32,000 nt of DNA, from the NCBI RefSeq assembly GCF_000011805.1, contig NC_006840.2; one strand, given 5' to 3'. Position numbers and translations under genes: made by a program. Positions 8,049-15,985 of the stretch are shown here, in pieces; within the stretch, counting starts at the first letter, position 1; each line of letters begins with the position of its first letter. Origin of the DNA: Aliivibrio fischeri ES114 (lineage in GTDB: Bacteria; Pseudomonadota; Gammaproteobacteria; Enterobacterales; Vibrionaceae). The notes under the pieces are model-generated. The model made no database searches. It saw only the letters and a list, made by a program, of their open reading frames with translations, and was not told where the DNA came from.

Positions 8049-8798
8049 TTAACCCATACGTAATAATGAGTCTGAAGCTTTATCCATCTCTTCAGCTGTA
8101 CTCATCATCTTGACTTGCATTTCAAACTGACGCTGCAAATCAATTAAATTTGTCATTTCACCAACGGCGTTAACGTTACTTCCTTCTAGTGCGCCACTTA
8201 ATAATGTGATGTTTGCATCAGCATCAAATGTTGCGCCAGGGTTCTTTGAACGAAATAAGCCATTGGTATCTTTAAATAAGTCACGATTATCGGTTTTTAC
8301 TAATTTGATACGATCAACTTCAGCCATCGCTTCAGCTGGTGCGCCTTGCTCAAGAACAGAGATAGTGCCGTCTTTAGCAATTTGAATTTTTGCAATTGGT
8401 AACGGTAGTGTAATCGGTGCATCATTTTCACCTAATACAACATGACCACTACCATTCATTAGTAAACCCGTTTCATCGATTTTTAGATTACCAGCACGAG
8501 TTAAACCTTCACGACCCGTGTTGTCCATTACTGAAATCCAACCATCGCCTTCAACAGTTAAATCAAGATCACGACCTGTAGTGATCACAGAACCCTGAGA
8601 AAAACTGCTTCCTGGACGCTCAGTCATATTAAATACACGAGTAGGTAAACCTTCACCGTACGCTTGCATTGAACGAGCTTGCTCTAAATCAGCACGGAAA
8701 CCCGTTGTACTTACGTTTGCAAGGTTGTTTGAACGCAATTGCATAGCTTGCATGTTTTGCTTTGCGCCACTCATGGCTAAAAATAATGCGCGATCCAT
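8049..8798 (-). CDS. flgF: Flagellar proximal rod protein FlgF
   Basis: MDRALFLAMSGAKQNMQAMQLRSNNLANVSTTGFRAD. I prefer the start at 8798 (GGAG 6 nt upstream) over 8810. Confidence 0.93.
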   Translation of the reverse strand: MDRALFLAMSGAKQNMQAMQLRSNNLANVSTTGFRADLEQARSMQAYGEGLPTRVFNMTERPGSSFSQGSVITTGRDLDLTVEGDGWISVMDNTGREGLTRAGNLKIDETGLLMNGSGHVVLGENDAPITLPLPIAKIQIAKDGTISVLEQGAPAEAMAEVDRIKLVKTDNRDLFKDTNGLFRSKNPGATFDADANITLLSGALEGSNVNAVGEMTNLIDLQRQFEMQVKMMSTAEEMDKASDSLLRMG

Positions 8799-8832
8799 AA
8801 TGAACTCCAATAATCTATCTGAAGTTATAATA

Positions 8833-8847
8833 GCAATCAGTGTGCCA
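8833..8847 (-). promoter_or_regulatory. sigma54 promoter of the flgF operon
   Basis: rc = TGGCACACTGATTGC, identical to the flgK promoter, 35 nt upstream of the flgF ATG. Confidence 0.75.
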
Positions 8848-8958
8848 ACTTTTATTTTCTATATATTTCAATAAATTAACTTAAATTAGACGCTATTTTA
8901 TTACAGTGGGATATTTAAAGAGGAAAAAGAGAGGAAGTAAGAGGCAAAAATTCTGGGT

Positions 8959-8990
8959 AAAAAATTGCCGTCACATAAGACGGCAATTTT
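8959..8990 (-). terminator. Terminator after flgE (12-bp perfect palindrome)
   Basis: AAAATTGCCGTC-acataa-GACGGCAATTTT with A/T runs on both sides, 23 nt after the flgE stop. Confidence 0.7.
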
Positions 8991-9012
8991 AAGATATTGG
9001 ATAATAAAATTA

Positions 9013-10311
9013 TTATCGAATTTGTAGGATATTTTGTTGCAACTGGTTATGTACATCCAATGAACGTGAGTTCGCTTGGAAGTTACGTTGTGCAGAGATC
9101 AAATCAACCAGTTCTTGCGTCATATCGATGTTTGATTGCTCCAAAGTACCACTTTGAATGTCACCAAATGAACCTTGGTTTGCTTCACCCCAAATAGCCG
9201 CACCAGATGCTTGTGTTGTAGACCACTGAGTACCACCATTTTGTGCAAGACCTTGCTGGTTAGTAACACGAACCATAGCTACACGGCCAAGCGTTACATC
9301 TTTACCATTCGAGTATGAACCTACAATATTACCGCTCTTATCAATATCAACTTTTGATAAGTAACCTGTTGTTGCACCATCTTCACTAAAGCGACGCATT
9401 TCAAACGGTGCAGAGAATTGTGTTGGGTTATCAAACTTCATGGTTAACGTCTGAGAAGGATCCGCACCATTTAAGTTTAAACCATTCTCACCTAGTGTTG
9501 TTGTTGCAACTGGCTGACCCGCATTAATACTTTGAGTTGTACCATCATTATTAAAGATAATAGAGTGACCAATTTGACCCGCAGCGTTTGTTGAGTCCCC
9601 ACCATTGATATTTACTGGTTTTTCACCATCAGTATCTGTTGAAGAGTAGAACACGTTCCAACGGTTTGGTTGTGTTGCATCTTTAACATAATACGTAGTC
9701 ATTTTGTATGGTTGACCTAGAGAGTCATACGTCGTAACCGAAGTTGACTTGTTGTAAGTGTCAGGATCATTCATATCAAAAAGAGCAGGATCTTTTGGTA
9801 CTTCAGTTGCTGGTAAGTTCATACCAATTTCAACATTTTCAGTTGGTTTTGGCTTACCAAATTGATCTGGGATCTTAAGTGCTTTTGGCTCATAAGATGA
9901 TACGTTGCCAGATTCAGGGTCAACTTCGTAACCTAATAGAAATTCATCGTTTGATGTCGTTACGTAGTTTTCATTATCTAGGTGGAATGCACCATTACGG
10001 CTTAATTCATTTGTCGCTGGTTGTAGGCGATCTTTTGCCACAGCGAAGAAACCTTGACCCGAAATACGTAAATCCATTGGATTATTTGTATAAATGCTTG
10101 AACCTTCGTGGAACTGTTGTGCCACTTTAGTTGTTTGTGCACCACCACCGGTTGTGGTTTTTGCATTTGAGAATAGCGATGATGAATACACATCACCAAA
10201 CTCTGCACGAGATTCTTTAAAGCCATATGTATTCGCATTGGCTAAGTTATTCGATGTTGTATTTAAGTCTTTTTGAGCAGCGGCTAGACCACTTAATGCT
10301 ACGTATGACAT
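9013..10311 (-). CDS. flgE: Flagellar hook protein FlgE
   Basis: 432 aa: MSYVALSGLAAAQKDLNTTSNNLANANTYGFKESRAEF ... EQSNIDMTQELVDLISAQRNFQANS. Confidence 0.95.
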   Translation of the reverse strand: MSYVALSGLAAAQKDLNTTSNNLANANTYGFKESRAEFGDVYSSSLFSNAKTTTGGGAQTTKVAQQFHEGSSIYTNNPMDLRISGQGFFAVAKDRLQPATNELSRNGAFHLDNENYVTTSNDEFLLGYEVDPESGNVSSYEPKALKIPDQFGKPKPTENVEIGMNLPATEVPKDPALFDMNDPDTYNKSTSVTTYDSLGQPYKMTTYYVKDATQPNRWNVFYSSTDTDGEKPVNINGGDSTNAAGQIGHSIIFNNDGTTQSINAGQPVATTTLGENGLNLNGADPSQTLTMKFDNPTQFSAPFEMRRFSEDGATTGYLSKVDIDKSGNIVGSYSNGKDVTLGRVAMVRVTNQQGLAQNGGTQWSTTQASGAAIWGEANQGSFGDIQSGTLEQSNIDMTQELVDLISAQRNFQANSRSLDVHNQLQQNILQIR

Positions 10312-10344
10312 TTGATATCTCCTATCTAGCTACGCATATGTTTT

Positions 10345-10392
10345 CCAATTCCATTAACGATCAAAGTTAAGGAAGAGTGTTAATGGAATTGG
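10345..10392 (-). repeat. 14-bp perfect inverted repeat (hairpin, 20-nt loop) in the flgD-flgE spacer
   Basis: CCAATTCCATTAAC (10345-10358) pairs with GTTAATGGAATTGG (10379-10392). No U-run follows on the mRNA strand. Confidence 0.85.
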
Positions 10393-10471
10393 CATAGCTT
10401 TATGAATAATTAAATGATGAAAATGGGAGTATTCAGGCAGCGATAAGTTGCTGCACTGAATATTCGCCCTT

Positions 10472-11182
10472 TTATGCCTTACCTACTTCTAGCACTTCTG
10501 CCAGTTTAATAGGTGAAGCAAAACCAGCAAGATTTAGCAGAACATTGCCATCACCTTTGCCCAGAAGAACACTGTTTACGTTTGCGTATGTAGATACACC
10601 AAACTCTTTGTTTTCTCCATCAAGCACGCCAGCAGCTTTAATATTGTAGCGACCAGCAGGCATTGCATTGCCTTTATCATCTTTGCCGTCCCACTCTACT
10701 CGAGTGTCGCCAGCAGGTTTAGCGCCCACATCTAAAGTACGAATTAATTGACCTTGTTCGTTTTCAACACGAACCATTAGGTTATTAATTGCTTGAGGCA
10801 ATTTAACCATTGCCGCCATACCTTTATCTGCTTCTTTTAAGCCTTTAGCGCCAGGTACTAGAACATCACGACCAACAAGCGAAGACGCTTGTAATGCTTG
10901 GTTAGATGTCATTGATGAATTCAAGCTATCAAACTGTGTATTCATCTTGCCAATACCGTCGACAGTTGCAAATGAAGCCATTTGCGCAATCATCTGGTCG
11001 TTTTCAACCGGTTTAAATGGGTCTTGTTGAGACAACTGCTTGGTTAGCAATGAAAGGAAGTCTTCTTGCTTCAGTTCATTTTTGCCGCCCGTTGTTTTTT
11101 CAGTTTTGTTCGCCTCTTGAAGACTCTTTAACTGGTCGATGTAGGACAAGCCGTTTTGACCAACGTTATTGATTCCAGTCAT
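10472..11182 (-). CDS. flgD: Flagellar hook capping/assembly protein FlgD
   Basis: 236 aa with the FlgD N-motif (FLSLLTKQLSQQDPFKPVENDQMIAQMA) and a FlgD Ig-like C-terminal part. Lies between flgC and flgE. Confidence 0.93.
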   Translation of the reverse strand: MTGINNVGQNGLSYIDQLKSLQEANKTEKTTGGKNELKQEDFLSLLTKQLSQQDPFKPVENDQMIAQMASFATVDGIGKMNTQFDSLNSSMTSNQALQASSLVGRDVLVPGAKGLKEADKGMAAMVKLPQAINNLMVRVENEQGQLIRTLDVGAKPAGDTRVEWDGKDDKGNAMPAGRYNIKAAGVLDGENKEFGVSTYANVNSVLLGKGDGNVLLNLAGFASPIKLAEVLEVGKA

Positions 11183-11197
11183 AGCTACCTCCTATCC

Positions 11198-11614
11198 TTA
11201 TTGACCCATTCGCAGAGTACTCTGCAACATTTGTTTACTCGCATCTGCAACTTGAACATTCGTTTGGTATGAACGAGAAGCAGAAATCATGTTTGCCATT
11301 TCTTCCATCACATTAACGTTTGGCTTAAAGATATAGCCATCGTCATTTGCCATAGGATGGTCTGGGTTATATTCTGCACGTAGAGGCTTTTGGCTTTCAA
11401 CAATACCAAGAACTTTTACAGGAACTGTATGATCTTGTTTGTATTTTGCTTTGCTCAATTCCGCACCAAAAACAGCCTGGCGTGCTTTATAAGTTTCAGC
11501 AGCTGAGCTACTTACACTGTCTGCGTTTGCCATGTTACTTGAAGTGGTGTTAAGACGAACTGATTCTGCACTCATTGCAGAACCTGTAACGTTAAAAACA
11601 TTAAATAAGCTCAT
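11198..11614 (-). CDS. flgC: Flagellar proximal rod protein FlgC
   Basis: 138 aa: MSLFNVFNVTGSAMSAESVRLNTTSSNMANADS ... NVNVMEEMANMISASRSYQTN. Confidence 0.95.
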   Translation of the reverse strand: MSLFNVFNVTGSAMSAESVRLNTTSSNMANADSVSSSAAETYKARQAVFGAELSKAKYKQDHTVPVKVLGIVESQKPLRAEYNPDHPMANDDGYIFKPNVNVMEEMANMISASRSYQTNVQVADASKQMLQSTLRMGQ

Positions 11615-11616
11615 CT

Positions 11617-12012
11617 CTATTCCCCTTTAATTGCTTTGGTTAGGTTTTTGAACTTGCTACCTAAAAAGTCTAATGATGCTTGATGACGAAGTTGGTTTTG
11701 CATAAACAAGTTACGCTCCAAATCCACATCTACCGTATTGCCATCACCTGTATCAGGTTGAGTTGGAAGACGGTATTGAATTTCCCCAGCCATTCGTGTT
11801 GAGGCATTAATGTGCCGACCATCTGTACGGCTTAAACCCATACTTGCTTTCGATGTTGCCGACTGTAATGCTTTTTGAAAATCCATTCCTTTTGCTTTAT
11901 AGCCAGGAGTATTCGCTTGAGCGATGTTTGTCGCTAACATTTCAGCACGTTCAGCGCGTACGCCTACTGTGTACTGATGAATACCTAATGCGTTATCAAA
12001 AGAAATTGCCAT
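11617..12012 (-). CDS. flgB: Flagellar proximal rod protein FlgB
   Basis: 131 aa: ...RAEMLATNIAQANTPGYKAK... First gene of the rod/hook operon. Confidence 0.95.
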   Translation of the reverse strand: MAISFDNALGIHQYTVGVRAERAEMLATNIAQANTPGYKAKGMDFQKALQSATSKASMGLSRTDGRHINASTRMAGEIQYRLPTQPDTGDGNTVDVDLERNLFMQNQLRHQASLDFLGSKFKNLTKAIKGE

Positions 12013-12061
12013 TTCAAACCCTCCACAAGAACTGACTAGCAGTATATATAATTTCTATATT

Positions 12062-12076
12062 GCAACCTGTATGCCA
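12062..12076 (-). promoter_or_regulatory. sigma54 promoter of flgBCDE
   Basis: rc = TGGCATACAGGTTGC(AA), an exact match 50 nt upstream of the flgB ATG. Confidence 0.7.
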
Positions 12077-12125
12077 ACTTTTTCAATTCACAGAGCAGAT
12101 TGACGATACTACCGATATTTATTTA

Positions 12126-12140
12126 GCAATATCTGAGCCA
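12126..12140 (-). promoter_or_regulatory. Second sigma54-like element, 64 bp upstream of the flgB promoter
   Basis: rc = TGGCTCAGATATTGC, with one mismatch in the -24 box. Confidence 0.35.
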
Positions 12141-12158
12141 ACTATAGATTACAGGCAC

Positions 12159-12180
12159 AAAAAAAGCGACCTAAGTCGCT
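12159..12180 (-). terminator. Terminator after cheR
   Basis: Minus strand reads AGCGAC-ttag-GTCGCT followed by TTTTTTT, 28 nt after the cheR stop. Confidence 0.65.
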
Positions 12181-12207
12181 TTTTGTTCAATAATCACTCA
12201 ATCATAA

Positions 12208-13035
12208 TTATTTTAATTTATAAATAATGCCCGGATTACAACGCACCATCTCAAATTTATCAGTTAATCCAGTTAACGATTCCGATGCACCTAACAATAA
12301 GTAGCCACCAGGGTTAAGACTTGCCGCCATTTGATTTAACACTTGAGATTTCATCTCAGGTGAAAAGTAAATCAATACGTTACGACAAAAAATAATGTCA
12401 AACTTACCCAATAAGCTGTAGCTATCCATTAGGTTCTGAGGACGGAAATTCACCATACGTTTGATTTTATCGTTGATTTTCATCTTGCCATCACCCGCAT
12501 CTTCAAAGAAAGCACGGCGACGTTCAGGAGATAAACCACGACTTAATGCTAAGTTGTCATAAACACCTGCTTTACAGGTTTCAAGCATTGATGGTGAAAT
12601 ATCGGTTGCAGTAATACTGATATTAGGAAGAAAGCCCGGCTTACGTGCTTGGATTTCAGAAATGATCATCCCCATGGAATAAGGTTCTTGACCAGATGAA
12701 CTTGCCGCTGACCAAATTTTTAATGGGCGACGGTTTGCCGCTAACTCTGGCAACAATTTGTCTGCAAGCACAGTAAATGGGTAACCATCTCTAAACCACA
12801 AAGTTTCATTGGTTGTCATTGCATCAACAGCAGCGACACGCAGCTCTCGGTTACGACCAGAAATAACTTGTTGTAATAGATCAGATAATGAAGCTAATGA
12901 AAACTTAGCAACTAAAGGACTCAGTCGGCTTCTCACTAAATATTGCTTACTGTCCCCTAGGACAATACCACATTGAGATTCTAGAAAGCGGCTGAAGTCA
13001 CGATACTCTTGTTCGTTGATAGTTATAGTTGTCAT
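12208..13035 (-). CDS. cheR: Chemotaxis protein methyltransferase CheR
   Basis: CheR N-domain plus SAM methyltransferase motifs (KIWSAASSSGQEPYS, FDIIFCRNVLIYF). I prefer the ATG at 13035; the ORF track uses the TTG at 13053. Confidence 0.9.
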   Translation of the reverse strand: MTTITINEQEYRDFSRFLESQCGIVLGDSKQYLVRSRLSPLVAKFSLASLSDLLQQVISGRNRELRVAAVDAMTTNETLWFRDGYPFTVLADKLLPELAANRRPLKIWSAASSSGQEPYSMGMIISEIQARKPGFLPNISITATDISPSMLETCKAGVYDNLALSRGLSPERRRAFFEDAGDGKMKINDKIKRMVNFRPQNLMDSYSLLGKFDIIFCRNVLIYFSPEMKSQVLNQMAASLNPGGYLLLGASESLTGLTDKFEMVRCNPGIIYKLK

Positions 13036-13118
13036 TAACGGTTTAACTTCCAAATAAAAAATGAATTGCCGTTTTATATTACTACGACAATAGGATTTAG
13101 CTTATTACTTTATGCTGT

Positions 13119-14039
13119 TTATTTTTCAACAGCCTTCTTCACGGCCGCACCTAACTCATCAGGATTAAATTTAGCGATGAATTGGTTTGCACCAACACGC
13201 TCTACCATTGCTTGGTTGAATACGCCACTTAGTGAAGTATGCAATATAACGTGCAGATCTTTTAGTGCTGGCTCACGACGAATTTCAGCGGTTAATGTAT
13301 AACCATCCATTTCAGGCATTTCAACATCAGAAATAACTAGGCCGATTTGCTCGTATACGCTACCAGCATTTGCCATTTCAACTAGCTTATTCAGTGCTTC
13401 TTTGCCATCTTTTACCATGATAGTTTCAAAGCCAATAGATTCAACAGCACGTTGTACTTGTTTACGAGCAACACTAGAGTCATCAGCAATAAGTACTTTA
13501 CGAACAACTTCTTGGCTCATAGATGTCATCTCTTCAACCAGTTCTTCGTTCATTGTTTCGTCGATAGGTGCAATCTCAGCTAAGATTTTTTCAACATCTA
13601 AAATCTCAACTAATTCTTCATCAATATTTGTTACTGCTGTTAGGTAGTTTGCACGACCAGTACCTTGTGGCGGTGGCAAAATTGCCTCCCAGTGCATATT
13701 AACAATACGCTCTACCGATTTTACTAAGAAACCTTGAATTGTACGGTTAAATTCCGAAATAATAATAAAACATTTATCAATTTCAGTCGTTGGACGACCG
13801 CCAGTAGCAAGACTTAAATCAATAACAGAGATAGTTTGGCCACGAATATGCGCGATACCTTTTACTAAAGGATTTAAATTTGGCATTGAAGTCAACTTCG
13901 GACACTGTAATACTTCTTTTACTTTAAAAACGTTAATACCATAACGTTGACGTCCCATAAGACGAAAAGTAAGCAGTTCTAAACGGTTCTGCCCTACAAG
14001 TTGTGTGCGCTGATTCACCGAATCCAGTATACCTGTCAT
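13119..14039 (-). CDS. cheV: Chemotaxis coupling protein CheV (CheW-like domain + receiver domain)
   Basis: 306 aa. N-terminal CheW-like domain (LELLTFRL...YGINVFKVKEV) and a C-terminal REC domain (VLIADDSSVARK...ISDVEMPEMDG). GGAG lies 7 nt upstream of the ATG. Confidence 0.92.
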   Translation of the reverse strand: MTGILDSVNQRTQLVGQNRLELLTFRLMGRQRYGINVFKVKEVLQCPKLTSMPNLNPLVKGIAHIRGQTISVIDLSLATGGRPTTEIDKCFIIISEFNRTIQGFLVKSVERIVNMHWEAILPPPQGTGRANYLTAVTNIDEELVEILDVEKILAEIAPIDETMNEELVEEMTSMSQEVVRKVLIADDSSVARKQVQRAVESIGFETIMVKDGKEALNKLVEMANAGSVYEQIGLVISDVEMPEMDGYTLTAEIRREPALKDLHVILHTSLSGVFNQAMVERVGANQFIAKFNPDELGAAVKKAVEK

Positions 14040-14095
14040 TATATGACTCCATCTTGTGCCACTATGTAATTAAACCGCGAGCCTAACATAACCCT

Positions 14096-14863
14096 ATGAA
14101 GAACACGATATACAACATGGCATTTTATATTGAAAATATGATGATAATAAAAAAATGTGATTACAGAACCACTTTTTATCGACTTATAAGCGTTATCGGC
14201 CTATTTATAAGTTTCTTTAGCTCGAATGTGCATGCTGCCACAGATGAACAGTTAGATGCAATCAAACACGCTGCAGAAACTTTTCTACAATCCCAAATTG
14301 AAGTGCCTCAAAATGGTACTTTACATATTGAGGCTGCTCGTATCGATAGCAGAATACAAGCAACAGACTGCCCTGCACCATTAATTGCCTCTTTACCTGG
14401 CCGTCTTAATTCAAGCGGCAATACATCGGTTCTTGTTGAATGTCAGCCTGATGATTGGAAGGTGTATGTTCCGGTAAAAACAGAGTTAATGATGCCTTTA
14501 GTCACCGCAATCTCTTCTTTATCAAGAGGACACACCATTTCAAGCAGTGATTTAACATTAACGATGGTTAACAGCCGAACTTACCAACGAGGCGGTTATA
14601 TTAATGTTGATGATCTCGTAGGTGCCCGCATTAAACGTAGTGTTAGAGCCGGTGAGACTGTAGAAAAAAACGACATCTGCATGGTATGTCGCAACGACAG
14701 TGTTATAATTAAAGCAGTAAAAGGTGAATTAAGTATTATCACAAAAGGAACCGCACTTGGTGACGGGGCTCTTGGTGATAAAGTTAACGTTAAAAATGAT
14801 AAATCCAATCGAATAGTAAATGGTATTGTCACCTCAGTCGGTGAAATTAGCATCCGTTTTTAA
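14096..14863 (+). CDS. flgA: Flagellar P-ring assembly chaperone FlgA
   Basis: Signal peptide (...FFSSNVHA/ATDEQ) and a C-terminal SAF-like region (GDKVNVKNDKSNRIVNGIVTSVGEISI). Sits divergent from cheV and upstream of flgMN, as in Vibrio. The start is ambiguous (ATGs at 14096, 14117, 14138, 14141; no clear SD). Confidence 0.85.
   Translation: MKNTIYNMAFYIENMMIIKKCDYRTTFYRLISVIGLFISFFSSNVHAATDEQLDAIKHAAETFLQSQIEVPQNGTLHIEAARIDSRIQATDCPAPLIASLPGRLNSSGNTSVLVECQPDDWKVYVPVKTELMMPLVTAISSLSRGHTISSSDLTLTMVNSRTYQRGGYINVDDLVGARIKRSVRAGETVEKNDICMVCRNDSVIIKAVKGELSIITKGTALGDGALGDKVNVKNDKSNRIVNGIVTSVGEISIRF
14193..14220 (-). promoter_or_regulatory. sigma28 (FliA) promoter reading toward cheV-cheR, embedded in the flgA coding sequence
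   Basis: rc = CTAAAGAAACTTATAAATAGGCCGATAA, an exact TAAA-N15-GCCGATAA match about 150 nt upstream of the cheV ATG. Confidence 0.7.
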
Positions 14864-14901
14864 GATATTAATTAATATCGAATAAAATTTTTATTTTTTA
14901 C

Positions 14902-14928
14902 TAAACTATCTTACTCGATTGCCGATAA
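14902..14928 (+). promoter_or_regulatory. sigma28 promoter P1 of flgMN
   Basis: TAAACTATCTTACTCGATTGCCGATAA, an exact TAAA-N15-GCCGATAA match. Confidence 0.7.
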
Positions 14929-14936
14929 ATTGATCA

Positions 14937-14951
14937 TGGCATCATTTATGC
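14937..14951 (+). promoter_or_regulatory. sigma54-like element between the two flgM sigma28 promoters
   Basis: TGGCATCATTTATGC. GG-N10-GC spacing is correct and the -12 box is ATGC, as at 454-468. Confidence 0.3.
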
Positions 14952-15008
14952 TTAGTTTTACTACAGTTTAAAATAATGAAAAAAGCGTCAAAAATTTTCA
15001 TTATTTGC

Positions 15009-15035
15009 TAAAGTTATTTTTTTGACAGCCGATAG
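15009..15035 (+). promoter_or_regulatory. sigma28 promoter P2 of flgMN
   Basis: TAAAGTTATTTTTTTGACAGCCGATAG (TAAAG-N14-GCCGATAG). Its -10 box ends 43 nt upstream of the flgM ATG. Confidence 0.65.
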
Positions 15036-15078
15036 ATAGATTAGAAGAATGTATTAACCGGCTAAAAGGCTTGAATAT

Positions 15079-15390
15079 ATGACAAGTATTGACCAATTAC
15101 GTGCTAGCCAGGCAATGGCGTCTTTACGCAATCAGGCTCGTGTAGATTCTGGAGATAAAGCCCCAGAAACTCAAGCACCTGCGTTGTCTGCAAAATCAGA
15201 TGCGGTTTCTTTAAGTAATCAAGGTAAAGAAATTGGCCAAATGCACCAACAATTAGCAACAGAACCTTCTTTTAATGAAGATAAAGTTGCTGCAATCAAA
15301 GCTGCTATTGCAAATGGATCATACACAGTTGATCCTGAACGTTTAGCAGACAATATGATTAAATTTGAAGACGAATTAGCCGGCCTATAA
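15079..15390 (+). CDS. flgM: Anti-sigma28 factor FlgM
   Basis: 103 aa with a disordered N-terminus and the conserved C-terminus KVAAIKAAIANGSYTVDPERLADNMI. Confidence 0.9.
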   Translation: MTSIDQLRASQAMASLRNQARVDSGDKAPETQAPALSAKSDAVSLSNQGKEIGQMHQQLATEPSFNEDKVAAIKAAIANGSYTVDPERLADNMIKFEDELAGL

Positions 15391-15436
15391 CCTAGGCTGG
15401 TTAAGACTCTCACTGTTTTATTTACATTAGGAACAT

Positions 15437-15865
15437 ATGGCTCAGACACTTACTGAACTGCTTGATCTACAACGCAGCGTTGCGCTCTCTCTTTCTACGG
15501 TATTAAGTCGAGAGAAAGTCGCTATCGCAAGTAGAAAGCCGACGGAAATGGAAAGTATTGCCCATGATAAACTAGGCTTACTTAATCAATTACGTCAGTA
15601 TGATCAGCTATTAGGAAGTCATGCGGAACGTCAACTGCTGTCTGAAGATAATGCGCTTAATGAAAAAGTATCGGAAATTAAATCGATTATTCATGATTGT
15701 AAGCAAGAAAATGAAGTCAATGGTGAAGCGCTGCAACGTGCTCAACTTAGCTTCAACAAGCTAAACAATCTAATGCAGCAAAGCCGTGGCAAAAATGGCA
15801 TGACGTATACTGCTGAAGGCCAAACACGTAATGTGACAACATTAGGCACTAACGTAAAAGCTTAA
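15437..15865 (+). CDS. flgN: Flagellar export chaperone FlgN (for FlgK/FlgL)
   Basis: 142 aa, helical, immediately after flgM. Size and position are typical for FlgN. Confidence 0.82.
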   Translation: MAQTLTELLDLQRSVALSLSTVLSREKVAIASRKPTEMESIAHDKLGLLNQLRQYDQLLGSHAERQLLSEDNALNEKVSEIKSIIHDCKQENEVNGEALQRAQLSFNKLNNLMQQSRGKNGMTYTAEGQTRNVTTLGTNVKA

Positions 15866-15897
15866 GTTGCCTTCTCACGATCATCGATTTCTTATCC

Positions 15898-15929
15898 AAC
15901 CGTGTTGTATTTCTAACACGGTTTTTTTC
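15898..15929 (+). terminator. Terminator after flgN
   Basis: AACCGTGTT-gtatttct-AACACGGTT followed by TTTTTT. Confidence 0.75.
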
Positions 15930-15985
15930 TATCTTTTCATACCGAACTCTAACTCTTATTTATCCTCCTCGATCCTAGTACTTGT

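Noticed and set aside
4620-10276. Antisense or overlapping ORFs 4620-4979, 5738-6163, 7054-7275, 8997-9197, 9879-10130, 10002-10238 and 10094-10276.
   Set aside because: Each is nested in or opposite a conserved flagellar gene (flgJ, flgI, flgH/G, flgE). No start signals or recognisable motifs are present.
14047-14061. TGGCACAAGATGGAG on the minus strand just upstream of cheV.
   Set aside because: There is no -12 GC. The GGAG is the cheV Shine-Dalgarno sequence, and the element would be too close to the ATG to act as a promoter.
14864-14879. A perfect 16-bp palindrome GATATTAATTAATATC right after the flgA stop.
   Set aside because: It is all A/T except the ends. By my rough estimate about one such palindrome is expected by chance in 32 kb of this composition. 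It has no loop and no U-run, so it does not qualify as a terminator. It could still be a binding site, but that is not supportable from sequence alone.
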